Of a stretch of 64,000 nucleotides of DNA, positions 18,066 through 28,358 are shown piece after piece (within the stretch, counting starts at the first letter, position 1; each line of letters starts with the position of its first letter). This DNA comes from Promethearchaeota archaeon. Lineage in GTDB: Archaea > Asgardarchaeota > Lokiarchaeia > Sigyniarchaeales > SOKP01. The stretch covers positions 32,001 to 96,000 of the forward strand of contig JBHLNF010000011.1 in NCBI GenBank assembly GCA_048937405.1, in the 5' to 3' direction. The notes below the pieces were generated by a model. The model did no database searches, had not been told where the DNA came from, and saw only the letters and a list, made by a program, of their open reading frames with translations. Both the position numbers and the translations under genes were made by a program.

Positions 18066-18436
18066 AAAAATTAATTCATTTCATTTTATAATTAGATTAA
18101 TTTATTGTAAAATTTAAAATCGAGATTCTTGATTTGAAATTTTTTAATAATAGGAAGTTTTCAGACAACGTGATTTTGTTTAGTTTTTTACTCACAAATT
18201 TCAAATAGAAATAGGATTATTGATAAAATTTAAAGAGAAACTGAATATTGTGTTTACTTATATTATTTATTATTTATCCCAAAAAATGAATCTAATAAAA
18301 TAATTTGCCACAAAAAAAGTTTCTAAATCTTTATTAAGATATTTTTGTATGTAAAGTTATTTTTATTAAAAATATAAACGAAATATTTAAGAAGATATAT
18401 TCTAAAATATACTTAATCAAAAAGATTTAAAAATTA

Positions 18437-18706
18437 ATGAGAAAAATCTCAATGATAACAAATGAAGATGAAATTAATAAAAAAATTAAGCTAACCAGCA
18501 AGATCTTAAGTAATGTTCATGAAATATTGGAATTATTTAAACCACTTCTAATTAAAATGATTAATATGCCAGAGGCTGAAGATTATAAAAAAAATGGAAA
18601 TTTTTTAAGAGCTGCATCATTATTTAGTAAAATCTCTGATTTATGTGAAGAGATTGAAACCATTTCCTTTTGTTCAGTAGATTTTCTTAAAAGCCTAGGT
18701 AACTAA
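18437..18706 (+). CDS. Small hypothetical helical protein
   Basis: 89-aa ATG-started ORF in otherwise non-coding AT-rich DNA. Confidence 0.55.
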   Translation: MRKISMITNEDEINKKIKLTSKILSNVHEILELFKPLLIKMINMPEAEDYKKNGNFLRAASLFSKISDLCEEIETISFCSVDFLKSLGN

Positions 18707-18805
18707 ACTTATTGCTAAATCTATTTATCTTCTTTTAAAGAAAAGGTTTATAAAATAAAGATTCACCTTTTTATCGAAATATCGTAATTTGAAAGGTTTC
18801 AAGAG

Positions 18806-18876
18806 TGCGCCCGCCGGGAATTGAACCCGGGACGCTGGCTTGGGAAGCCAGCATATTACCACTATACTACGAGCGC
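18806..18876 (-). tRNA. tRNA-Gly(CCC), no intron, CCA not encoded
   Basis: GCGCTCG/CGGGCGC acceptor stem, TAGTATAGTGGTAA D region, CTGGC-TTCCCAA-GCCAG anticodon arm, GGTTCAATTCC T arm. Confidence 0.95.
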
Positions 18877-19201
18877 CAATTTATATGAGATTTGTGCTAT
18901 TGAGGGGACTTTTTTTGGGATATATATTAATTAAATTTGATTACCTAATTAAAACTTTTTGATAACTGACAGAAGTATTTATTTTGTATCAGTATATAGA
19001 ACAATTAGATAATCTCCATACAAATATAACATTAAGTTACTATGTTTTTCATATTTTATACATCAATATTAAAAATATTTACTTTGTTTTTGAAATCATA
19101 GCTGTGATATACTAAATAATGAACATTCATTAAAAATTCAATAAAAAAAAAGTTATAATAAAAAAGAATACATTGAGGATATTATATGGTGAAGCAGATT
19201 T

Positions 19202-20320
19202 ATGAGAAATGAAGAATTATTAAGAAATTCAGAGGAAAAATATAAGTTAATTTTAGATAATGCTAATGACTTAATTACAATTTTAAATGATAAATTAGAG
19301 CATGAATATATTAATGAGAAAGCAGTTTTTGAATGTTTGGGCTATTTAAGAGAAGATCTAATTGGAAAATCCGCACTTATTAACATTCATCCAGACGATG
19401 TGAAAATCGCCACTAAAACTATAAGGAATTTATTTAAATATGGGGAAAGTAGAAATGAAATGAGACTGAAGCATAAAGATGGACATTATCTTTGGTTTGA
19501 ACATAAAGGGAAAAAATTCATTGATACAGAGGGAACAGCTAAAGCAATAATAATTTCCCGAGATATAACTGAACGCAAGAAGGCTGAAAGTATTCAACTT
19601 GAAGAATATAAAAAATTAGAAGAATTAAGTCAAATAAAAAGTGAATTAATAATGAAAGCATCTCATGAACTCAAAACTCCATTGAACTCTGTTTATGCCG
19701 CATCGCAGCTTCTTTTAAGAAATTTCAAAAATAAATTTGAAGAGAATGAATTGAATTTTCTTGAAATTATATATAGAGGAAGTCAAAAATTAAGACTTTT
19801 GATTGATAATCTGCTTGACATATCTAAATTAGAATCAGATGAATTGAAACTGGACTTGAAAGATGAGGATCTTGTTGAATTAATAAAAGATTGCGTTAAC
19901 GATTTAAAACTTAGAGCGGATAAAAAAAAGCTTAATATTAAAGTTAATTTACCTGAAAAATGTATTTTGTGTATTGATAGAATTAGATTAGAGCAAGTGA
20001 TAATTAATCTGTTATCTAATGCAATAAAATATACACCTTCTGAGGGAGCTATTTTTATAAATTTAAATGACAAAAAAGAAAACATAGAATTCTCAGTTAA
20101 AGATACTGGGATTGGAATTACAAAGAAAGAAAAAGGACAATTGTTTAAAAAGTTTGGTAAAATCAATAGAATTAATTATTATTCTGATATTAGTACTGAA
20201 GGAGCTGGTTTGGGGTTATATATTTCTAAAGAAATTGTTGAACTTCATAAGGGTAAAATAATTGTACAATCTCAAGGTAGAAATAAAGGATCAACTTTTA
20301 TAATTAGTTTCCCTAAATAA
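19202..20320 (+). CDS. Cytoplasmic PAS-domain sensor histidine kinase
   Basis: PAS/PAC (IHPDD, RLKHKDGHYLW, SRDITERK), ASHELKTPL, NLLSNAIKY, DTGIG, GAGLGL. Confidence 0.93.
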   Translation: MRNEELLRNSEEKYKLILDNANDLITILNDKLEHEYINEKAVFECLGYLREDLIGKSALINIHPDDVKIATKTIRNLFKYGESRNEMRLKHKDGHYLWFEHKGKKFIDTEGTAKAIIISRDITERKKAESIQLEEYKKLEELSQIKSELIMKASHELKTPLNSVYAASQLLLRNFKNKFEENELNFLEIIYRGSQKLRLLIDNLLDISKLESDELKLDLKDEDLVELIKDCVNDLKLRADKKKLNIKVNLPEKCILCIDRIRLEQVIINLLSNAIKYTPSEGAIFINLNDKKENIEFSVKDTGIGITKKEKGQLFKKFGKINRINYYSDISTEGAGLGLYISKEIVELHKGKIIVQSQGRNKGSTFIISFPK

Positions 20321-20482
20321 CTTGTTTTCAATATTCTGAACAGCTCTAATTTGAAATATAAATGAGTTTATAAGGAGTATTACTTTTTAAGGTCTTAATT
20401 TAGTTTCCCCATCACAAAAAGACATTTATAATTAACCTATTAAATTATATTCTTTTTTAAGTCAATTTACGAGCATTTTAAA

Positions 20483-21133
20483 ATGGAAAATTTCAGGATA
20501 AACATTAATAAAACTTTACAGAAAATATCATTTGGTGCATATGGATTAATATCTATTATATTTGGAGCTATAGGTGATTTAATTGCATATTTGATGTATC
20601 CAGGATATAATCCTTTACGAAGAGCTGTAAGTTCATTATGTTTAGGGCCAGGTTGGTTATTTTTTCAATCAGGTACCGTAATTTCAGGTTTCTTTGCACT
20701 TTTATATTTAATTTCTCTTGAAAAAACATTTAATAAGGAAGAAGTCAATAATAATGTTAGAAAGTATGCTAAAATTTCAGGAACAATTTCCTGTACAACT
20801 TTTATGACATTAGGTGTTTTTTGCGGTTCTAATCTAATAATTGCATACATTCATGGAATTAGTGCTTTGATCACTTGGATTTCTGGTTTATTATATATTA
20901 GTTTTTATAATTTTTTAATAATTAATTCATCAAATTATTCAAAAAAACTAGGTTATTGTGGATTAATTACAACCTTTACTTTGGGTTTAATGTTGGTTTT
21001 CTTTTTATTACATTTATTTCCAGCTTTGAGATTTTTAATGATTATTTTACCTAGTTTGGAATGGTTGAATACGTTATCACTAATTGTATGGTATCTGATT
21101 ACATCGATTTATGTTATTCATAAAAAATATTAA
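20483..21133 (+). CDS. DUF998/Frag1-like multi-TM membrane protein
   Basis: YPGYNPLRRAVSSL, HGISA and EW motifs; about 6 hydrophobic helices. Confidence 0.65.
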   Translation: MENFRININKTLQKISFGAYGLISIIFGAIGDLIAYLMYPGYNPLRRAVSSLCLGPGWLFFQSGTVISGFFALLYLISLEKTFNKEEVNNNVRKYAKISGTISCTTFMTLGVFCGSNLIIAYIHGISALITWISGLLYISFYNFLIINSSNYSKKLGYCGLITTFTLGLMLVFFLLHLFPALRFLMIILPSLEWLNTLSLIVWYLITSIYVIHKKY

Positions 21134-21216
21134 GGATCTATTAGAAAGATATTTTTACTATTATAATTTTTAAGCTATTATATGATTTTTAAAGTAATAA
21201 ATGGAGATTGTTTATT

Positions 21217-21918
21217 ATGAAAAAAGTAAATGAATTTTTTGATAATATCTTTAATTACACTTCTGGATATAATTTTGGTTTCCTTGCATTTATAATAGGT
21301 TATTCAGGAATTTATTTAGCACTTTTAATATCTGCTTTAATGGGAGAGTATATAATGTGGGAGGAATCGATTAGTGTATTAGGACTTGTTGCAGGGGGAC
21401 CTTATTTAAGAGTTGGATTAATAAGTTCTTATATTCTTGCAATTCCATTTATTATTTATTTAGGAAGACTATTGAAAAATGAGAATATTAATGAAAATTT
21501 AAGAAAGATAACTATTGTAGTTAGTATTTTTTCTTCTATAACTGCTGTATTAACAGGAATATTTTCAGGTATAAATGAGTTCATCAGTAGCTTACATGGT
21601 TTATTTGCTCTTCTAAGTTGGATTGGAGGGGCTATAGCATGTAGTCTTTTTGGTTGCTTAATGTTAAAAAATCCGAAATTTTCAAAATCTATTATTTATT
21701 TTAATTTTATAATTGCTGGGATTTTTGTTTCTTATCTAATACCATTTTTCATAACAAATTTCTGTGATTGTTTTTCTGAGATATGCTATTCATTTGGTCG
21801 TGCTATATACACCATAATGCCTATTTATGAATGGACAGTAATGTTTTCCATTTTGATCTGGTATTTTGGCAACGCTACTTATCTATTAAATAATAAATCT
21901 ATAACTGTGAATGATTAA
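21217..21918 (+). CDS. DUF998-like membrane protein, tandem paralogue (track starts at TTG 21208; ATG 21217 preferred)
   Basis: SISVLG, LHGLFA and YEW motifs parallel those of the upstream gene. Confidence 0.6.
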   Translation: MKKVNEFFDNIFNYTSGYNFGFLAFIIGYSGIYLALLISALMGEYIMWEESISVLGLVAGGPYLRVGLISSYILAIPFIIYLGRLLKNENINENLRKITIVVSIFSSITAVLTGIFSGINEFISSLHGLFALLSWIGGAIACSLFGCLMLKNPKFSKSIIYFNFIIAGIFVSYLIPFFITNFCDCFSEICYSFGRAIYTIMPIYEWTVMFSILIWYFGNATYLLNNKSITVND

Positions 21919-22041
21919 ATTATAGTTTTTCTAAAAATTTATATAGTTCTCTGATTTTATTTCGGGGTATAATCAATACTTTATTTAATCTTTAAAAGGA
22001 TTTAATTATTATAGGAACCTACATCATATTAAAATAAAATA

Positions 22042-22731
22042 ATGAAAGCGATTATTGAAATGCAAATTAAATATGAAAGAAATATTCAAATTAATAAAAA
22101 GGATGCATTGATAATTGTTGATATACAAAACGATTTTCTTCCCGGAGGCGCATTAGCGGTAAATGAGGGAGACTTAATTATTGATGATATTAATAAACTC
22201 GCTCAAAAATTTAAAGATAATAAGGTTATCATTGTATTAACTCAAGATTGGCATCCAAAAAATCATTTATCGTTTGCTAGTAATCATAAAGGGAAAAAAC
22301 CAGGAGATGAATATACATCGAAAAATGGAGCTATTGGTCCAGTTTTATGGCCTGATCACTGTATACAAGGTACTAATGGGGCAAAATTTCATAAAGATCT
22401 AAATACACAATTAGCAAATAAGATTATTCAAAAAGGTATACGTCGCAAGGTTGATAGTTATTCTGGATTTCGGGATAATGATAAAAAAACTGAAACTGGT
22501 TTGAGAAAATATCTCAACTCAAAAAAAATTCAGCGAATTTTTATTTGTGGCTTAGCTCTAGATTATTGTTGCTACTATACAGCGATGGACGGTCTTGAGT
22601 TTGGTTATGAAGTATATTTCATAGAGCGATTAACAAGGGGAGTTGATTTACCAGAAGGTAATATAAATAATGCTCTTAGTAATATGAAGAAATCAGGTAT
22701 CACATTTGCGGATATTGATAGTTTCAAATAA
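22042..22731 (+). CDS. pncA: Nicotinamidase/pyrazinamidase
   Basis: VDIQNDFLPGGALAV, QDWHP, WPDHC, KG..DSYSGF, GLALDYC. Confidence 0.93.
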   Translation: MKAIIEMQIKYERNIQINKKDALIIVDIQNDFLPGGALAVNEGDLIIDDINKLAQKFKDNKVIIVLTQDWHPKNHLSFASNHKGKKPGDEYTSKNGAIGPVLWPDHCIQGTNGAKFHKDLNTQLANKIIQKGIRRKVDSYSGFRDNDKKTETGLRKYLNSKKIQRIFICGLALDYCCYYTAMDGLEFGYEVYFIERLTRGVDLPEGNINNALSNMKKSGITFADIDSFK

Positions 22732-22770
22732 TAATAACAGTTTTTTTTAATCTTTCTTTTTAACTTCATA

Positions 22771-23247
22771 ATGGTTAATAAATTCCCTTATCACTCTATT
22801 TTGGTAGTATGTTCTGTAAACACTGCTAGATCAAGAATGGCAGAAGGTTTTTTAAGAGATTTTTTCAAAAAAATGAATTTTGGAATTAAAGTGAATTCTG
22901 GGGGTATTGCTCCTAATGCCAGAGATGGAATGACAATATCAATGGATGCAAAACTAGTTATGGAAGAAGTTGGAATTAAATTATCAGATAGTGCTTTATC
23001 AATTGATTTAAAGAGGCATCATGAATATATAAAGGATGCTGATTTAATTCTCACCTTAACAAACAAACACAAAGAAGATATCCAAAATATTTTTAATATA
23101 AATAGTAAAGATATTTTAACAATAAAAGAATTTGCTGAAGAAAAGGGAGATATTGAAGATCCTTCAATGAATGAAGCACTTTTTCGAGCAGTAAGAGATG
23201 AAATTATCAATAGTTTAATGAAAGGATTAAATAAATATGAGTTTTAA
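22771..23247 (+). CDS. Low-molecular-weight protein tyrosine/arginine phosphatase family protein
   Basis: P-loop VCSVNTARSRMAE, ADLILT, DIEDP. Confidence 0.85.
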   Translation: MVNKFPYHSILVVCSVNTARSRMAEGFLRDFFKKMNFGIKVNSGGIAPNARDGMTISMDAKLVMEEVGIKLSDSALSIDLKRHHEYIKDADLILTLTNKHKEDIQNIFNINSKDILTIKEFAEEKGDIEDPSMNEALFRAVRDEIINSLMKGLNKYEF

Positions 23248-23250
23248 ATC

Positions 23251-24096
23251 ATGATTGAGTACATCATAATTGCTATTCTTCAAGGTTTATTTGAATGGCT
23301 TCCAATATCCTCTAGCGGTCAAACTATGATTATTTCTATGAATATATTTGGTATATCTGCTGATGAAGCATTCAGTCTTAGCATATGGTTACATTTAGGT
23401 ACAACCTTAGCTGTTTTATTGAAGTTTAAAACAGATTATATTAAGATTATAAAAAGTATTATACCACGGACATTTATCATAGATGAAATTGATATCAGAA
23501 AGAGAAATTGGTTGATATATGCTACGATTGGGACAGCAATTACAGCCTTACCACTTTATTTTATCTTTAGATTTATCATTTCAGGCGCATTTACTCCATT
23601 CCAAGGGGACTTAATCACTCTATTAGTTTGTGGATTATTGATTATTACTGGTATAATTTTATTGAAATCAAGAAAAATCTATGGAGAAAATTCTATAGAA
23701 AAAGTGCCAGAAAAATTCATACGAAAAGATAGTTTTGTATCTGGGCTAATTCAAGGTTTCTCGATATTACCTGGTATCTCCCGTTCTGGAGTTACTGTTT
23801 CATCAATTCTAATAGAAAATTATGACCAAGATAATGCTCTAAGATTAAGTTTTTTAATGTCTGCACCTGTTGTTATTGCTTCAATCATAGTTGATATAAT
23901 TTTTGGGGGGAATTCAATATTTCGAGTAATTAGTCCTGTTATTATTGTTATCACGGTATTGATTTCTTTTATAATTGGCTATTTATCCATAGAGTTCTTA
24001 CTTAAAATAGCTCAAAAAATTAGCTTTGGTTATTTCTGCATTTTATATGGTGTAATAGCTTGTTTGATTATTATTCCTTTTATGATAATATCTTAA
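23251..24096 (+). CDS. uppP: Undecaprenyl-diphosphate phosphatase (BacA family)
   Basis: QGLFEWLPISSSG, LHLGT, PGISRSGVT, RLSFL. Confidence 0.92.
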   Translation: MIEYIIIAILQGLFEWLPISSSGQTMIISMNIFGISADEAFSLSIWLHLGTTLAVLLKFKTDYIKIIKSIIPRTFIIDEIDIRKRNWLIYATIGTAITALPLYFIFRFIISGAFTPFQGDLITLLVCGLLIITGIILLKSRKIYGENSIEKVPEKFIRKDSFVSGLIQGFSILPGISRSGVTVSSILIENYDQDNALRLSFLMSAPVVIASIIVDIIFGGNSIFRVISPVIIVITVLISFIIGYLSIEFLLKIAQKISFGYFCILYGVIACLIIIPFMIIS

Positions 24097-24986
24097 AGGT
24101 TTTCTATAAAGTTCTCAATAAAATTTTTTAACTCTAAATCTGCTTTGGGAATTCCTTTAAAACTTGGAAAATCATTTAAATCTATAATATAATATTTATC
24201 AAAGTCAACTGGTCGAACTAAATCAAATCCGAAAATCTTGAGATTTAATTCTTTAGATAAAATTTTTGATAATTTCTTAATATCTTCTGTTACTTCAAAC
24301 TCTTCTCGCTCAATTAAACTTACATCAATATTTTCTGGTTTATCTCTTAAATAAATATAAATAGGATTTTCCCTCTCAATACCGAATACCTTATCACCAA
24401 TCACATATATTTTTCTCTCAATACCATCACATTCTATAAATTCTTGAATATATACATCATAAGATAGGAATTCTTTATATCTCTCACAAAATTTATCTAT
24501 ATCCTCAATCTTTTGAACCAAAAAGTTGAATCTATTGTATTTATCATGTTGATAATGACTTTTAATAACTATAGGTAACTTTTTTGATACCCATTTCTTA
24601 AATTTTTCAAGATCAGACAATGACTGGTTCCAAGAATTGGGTAGTAAAAAATTTTCAAGAACTTTTTTATGTGTATTGAATATTTTTCTTATAGCATAAT
24701 CAAGAGCAATTTTATTCATACATAATAATACAGTATCTATATTGTGAAGTGTGGGGAGATTATAGATTTTAGCATAATGTAATAAATCTATAGAACATTC
24801 ATTCCTGACTTTTACTATAATTAAGTCTGTTTCTAATAATTCTGGCGGCATTTCAGAAAGACAGTAGAAATGTTTTGTCGGATCATGCAATATCAGTTTA
24901 ATATTTTTAATCTCCTTTAACTTCTTAATTAACTTTGTAATAACTTCATGATCTTGTCTTGCGGAAAAAAAAATTTTTTTTTTCAT
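24093..24986 (-). CDS. ATP-grasp inositol phosphate kinase, ITPK1-like (track starts at TTG 25043; ATG 24986 preferred)
   Basis: IQEFI..DG.ERKIYVIGD, LKIFGFD, YIIDLNDFPSF resemble ITPK1 QEFV/KVYVVG/FxxD/VIDINxFPG; next to INO1. Confidence 0.8.
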   Translation of the reverse strand: MKKKIFFSARQDHEVITKLIKKLKEIKNIKLILHDPTKHFYCLSEMPPELLETDLIIVKVRNECSIDLLHYAKIYNLPTLHNIDTVLLCMNKIALDYAIRKIFNTHKKVLENFLLPNSWNQSLSDLEKFKKWVSKKLPIVIKSHYQHDKYNRFNFLVQKIEDIDKFCERYKEFLSYDVYIQEFIECDGIERKIYVIGDKVFGIERENPIYIYLRDKPENIDVSLIEREEFEVTEDIKKLSKILSKELNLKIFGFDLVRPVDFDKYYIIDLNDFPSFKGIPKADLELKNFIENFIENL

Positions 24987-25242
24987 TGATTTGGTAATAG
25001 TTTTTATCCCATATTTATTGTTATAATATTTTAATGCTTTCAATCCACATATAGTATATTTAATAATAATTTAATAATTAAAACATCATTTATAGGTTAA
25101 GATTACTTAATTAAAATTAAAACTTGAGTTCAATTCTATTAAATTCACCTTTATTTATCTTTATGATTCATACATCTAAGTATTAAATCTTTATGGTATT
25201 TTAAAATGATTTAAATATTATTACTATATTATACAAAATATC

Positions 25243-26337
25243 ATGGCTAATAATATTATTAATGTTGCTTTAATTGGTGTTGGTGATGTAGCTTCAGCTC
25301 TCGTTCAGGGTGTTGAAAATTACAAGAAAAATCCAGAAAAAACAATAGGCATAATTCCAGAAATTACTCAATATAGTATACATGATATCAATTTTGTTTT
25401 AGGAATTGATGTTAATTCAAATAAAGTCGGAAAAGATATGAGTGAAGCAATTTTTGAACCACCAAATTGTAATATGAAACTATTTGAGCCTGAGTTTTTA
25501 AATGCTCCAGTGCTTAAAGGACCAGTTATGGATGGTTTAGATAGCAACATCAAAAATATTATACCTGTAGATGAATCCCAAGAACCAGTAAACATTACCA
25601 ATGAAATAAAGAGTAGGAAAATAGACGTTACAGTAATACTACTCCCTACTGGTTCTCATAAAGCAGTAAAATTTTATGCTATGAGTGCACTTGATGCCGG
25701 ATCATGTATTGTAAATGGAATGCCATCCTACGTAGTTAAAGATCCAGAAATCGTCGAAAAAGCTGAGAAATTAAAGCTTTCCTTAATTGGTGATGATGTA
25801 AAATCACAAATTGGAGCTACTATCATTCATCGCGCATTAGCTAATCTTTTTCCGATGCGTGGTGCTATATTGGACAAAACAATTCAATTAGATTGGGGTG
25901 GCTCGAGTGATTTCTGTAATCTTTTAACGACAATGCCAGATGGTTCTTTAAGATATGAAGAAGGAAAACGTCAATCTAAAACTGAAGCTGTGATTTCTAA
26001 TCTCCAAAATAAAAATACGGTTGATTGTCAAATTTCTGCTGTAGATTACATACCTTTTTTAAAGAATCAGAAAGAGGCTTATATGAGATTAGAAGGCCAA
26101 ATTTTTGGGGGTGCCCCAGTAAGAGTAGATATTACAATGTTTGTTGAGGATGGAAATAATTCGGCGGGAATTATTACAGATTGTATTAGGGTTACTCAAA
26201 TTGCTAGAGATAGAAAAATTGGGGGCGTTCTTAATTCCGCTTGTTCTTTTTTTGCTAAACATCCTACAGAGCAGTTAGAAGACTATATTGCTAAAAAAAG
26301 ATTATTAGAATTTTTAGAAAACAAGATAGAAAGGTAG
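25243..26337 (+). CDS. ino1: myo-inositol-1-phosphate synthase
   Basis: GVGDVASALVQG, LPTGS, GDDVKSQIGAT, DF.NL..K..SKT, EDGNNSAG. Confidence 0.93.
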   Translation: MANNIINVALIGVGDVASALVQGVENYKKNPEKTIGIIPEITQYSIHDINFVLGIDVNSNKVGKDMSEAIFEPPNCNMKLFEPEFLNAPVLKGPVMDGLDSNIKNIIPVDESQEPVNITNEIKSRKIDVTVILLPTGSHKAVKFYAMSALDAGSCIVNGMPSYVVKDPEIVEKAEKLKLSLIGDDVKSQIGATIIHRALANLFPMRGAILDKTIQLDWGGSSDFCNLLTTMPDGSLRYEEGKRQSKTEAVISNLQNKNTVDCQISAVDYIPFLKNQKEAYMRLEGQIFGGAPVRVDITMFVEDGNNSAGIITDCIRVTQIARDRKIGGVLNSACSFFAKHPTEQLEDYIAKKRLLEFLENKIER

Positions 26338-26376
26338 ATATATTTTAAGGTTGGAATAGTCTTCTAAACTTTATTC

Positions 26377-27285
26377 TCAAACTTTAATTGGTGTTTTATA
26401 TACTTGTTGCTGTAATATTACAAGATTGTATATATAATCAGAAATTAAACTCACTGCTTCAGGAATGCTTCTAAAACTTGGAAAATCATTAACATCGATA
26501 ATCTTTGGAATTCCATTTTTAGTTAATACATAATCAATTCCAAAAATAGATAATCCCATTTTTCTACCCAATCTTAATATTCTTCTTTTTAACTGTTTTT
26601 CTATTGGAACACGGATGTGAATCAATTCTAAAGGAGATAAATTTTCATTTAGTTGCAAACGGTTATGAGAAGTTATTGAGACCATCCAACGACCGATGAC
26701 ATAAATCTTGTATATAATTTCATATTCTCCTAAATATTCTTGGAAAAACAAATCATTTTCATTGAATTCTTCTTTTAAATTATTAAAATTTTCTAAATTT
26801 TCAGCAATTCCGATGATTCTTTCATTTTTTGGCAGTTCTGGTATATTATGTTTATCTAATTTAATTATAATTTTAGATCCATTAGAACATGCTTTCTTAG
26901 CTTCAATCAAGGAATAATAAGATTGAGGAATATCTAGATTTTTACATTTTTGTGATATTTTTCTAAAAGTTTCTCTCCTACTTTCGCAAATCTTAACAGC
27001 ATTAATACTATTAAGAAGAGGAATATTTGGAGCAATTTCTCTAATTGCTTGGTAAATTTCTTGATTATGATTATCAGACAATAATTTGATAATGATGAAT
27101 GAAATAGGGTATCTTTTAAGCTGTTTTTTTAAAAACTTAGCACTAAATGTATCTGATCCTTTCTTAAGTAGGTTTATTATAGAAATATTATAGTTTTTAC
27201 TACAGAACTTCTTGATTTTTTCAAAAACAATGAGGTCTCGATTACAAATAGAGCCTATATAGATCCTATTAAGCTTATTTGACAT
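26377..27285 (-). CDS. ATP-grasp inositol phosphate kinase, ITPK1-like
   Basis: FQEYL, YKIYVIG, GLSIFGIDYV, IIDVNDFPSF. Confidence 0.8.
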   Translation of the reverse strand: MSNKLNRIYIGSICNRDLIVFEKIKKFCSKNYNISIINLLKKGSDTFSAKFLKKQLKRYPISFIIIKLLSDNHNQEIYQAIREIAPNIPLLNSINAVKICESRRETFRKISQKCKNLDIPQSYYSLIEAKKACSNGSKIIIKLDKHNIPELPKNERIIGIAENLENFNNLKEEFNENDLFFQEYLGEYEIIYKIYVIGRWMVSITSHNRLQLNENLSPLELIHIRVPIEKQLKRRILRLGRKMGLSIFGIDYVLTKNGIPKIIDVNDFPSFRSIPEAVSLISDYIYNLVILQQQVYKTPIKV

Positions 27286-27537
27286 GTAAAAATCCCTAAT
27301 ATTTTGATGAATTATGAGTTAATTATGTTATTTAAATATATTGATTAATTCCTGTTGTTAAACGCTTTAGTAGTAAAAAATCCTTACAATTTCAACTTAC
27401 TTGAAAATCACCAGTTTAATTTCAGAATTAATAGTTTAAATTTTAATTCTAAGTGTATTTATTTTAAATATTTTTTTTATTTAATATTAAATAAATTAAC
27501 CGTTTTTTTTTTATAAAATATACTCAAGGTAAATTAT

Positions 27538-28353
27538 GTGACAAAAATAGGAATACTAATCGATAAATACCATCTAGAAAATAAAGTCACTGATTTTATA
27601 CAATATTTAAAATCGAAAGCAGAAATAAAAATATATATTGAGGAATCTTATTTATTTAATAGTTCCAAATCTACTTTCGATGAAGATTTATTCTTTACAA
27701 AAGCGAAGGGAGATTTAATTTTAGCATTTATTAAATTAATTGAAGAAGAATCTTCTATTCCCATAATAAATTCTTTTAAAGGTACTTGGTTGGCAATTAA
27801 TAGATTCTTAAATAGTGTTTTTTTAAAAAAAGCAGGAATTCCGATTGCTGAATTCTCGTTGAATCCTAAAGGAAGCGATCCTCCGTTTAGAGATTTTATT
27901 ATAAAAAATATTATAGATCAGAAAAATTATAAATTTAAACCAATAGTAAATAAAGTTAATGGAAGACTCAATGTAGCTGATGAAAGAGCTTTAAATGAAG
28001 TTGATAAAACTAATCCAAAATATAATTATCTTTATTATCAAAAATTCATAAAAAGCAAATGGGAATATAAAATCTATGGTATTGGGGAAGAAGTTTTTTT
28101 CTATAAGCAATTACCTATATTAGTAAATCCTAATAAAACAGAATCTAGAAAAAAAATTGATGACATTCCTGAATTAAAAGAATATTGCTATAAAGCAATG
28201 GAAGTTATGGATTTAAAATTAACTTCATTAGATTTTTTAAAATCAAAAGATCAATTTTATTTAACAGACATTAATTGTACTCCAAATTTTAATTATATAA
28301 AAGATGGTCATAAAATAGTTGCGAATTATTTATTAAAACAAGCAAAACAGTAA
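27538..28353 (+). CDS. ATP-grasp protein, ITPK1/RimK-like
   Basis: YQKFI, EYKIYGIG, LDFL, LTDINCTPNF. Confidence 0.72.
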   Translation: MTKIGILIDKYHLENKVTDFIQYLKSKAEIKIYIEESYLFNSSKSTFDEDLFFTKAKGDLILAFIKLIEEESSIPIINSFKGTWLAINRFLNSVFLKKAGIPIAEFSLNPKGSDPPFRDFIIKNIIDQKNYKFKPIVNKVNGRLNVADERALNEVDKTNPKYNYLYYQKFIKSKWEYKIYGIGEEVFFYKQLPILVNPNKTESRKKIDDIPELKEYCYKAMEVMDLKLTSLDFLKSKDQFYLTDINCTPNFNYIKDGHKIVANYLLKQAKQ

Positions 28354-28358
28354 AGTTT

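Noticed and set aside
3207-18876. che region as a genomic island integrated at tRNA-Gly (the tRNA 3' end faces it)
   Set aside because: No integrase, no duplicated tRNA 3' end seen near 3.2 kb, and no obvious composition shift
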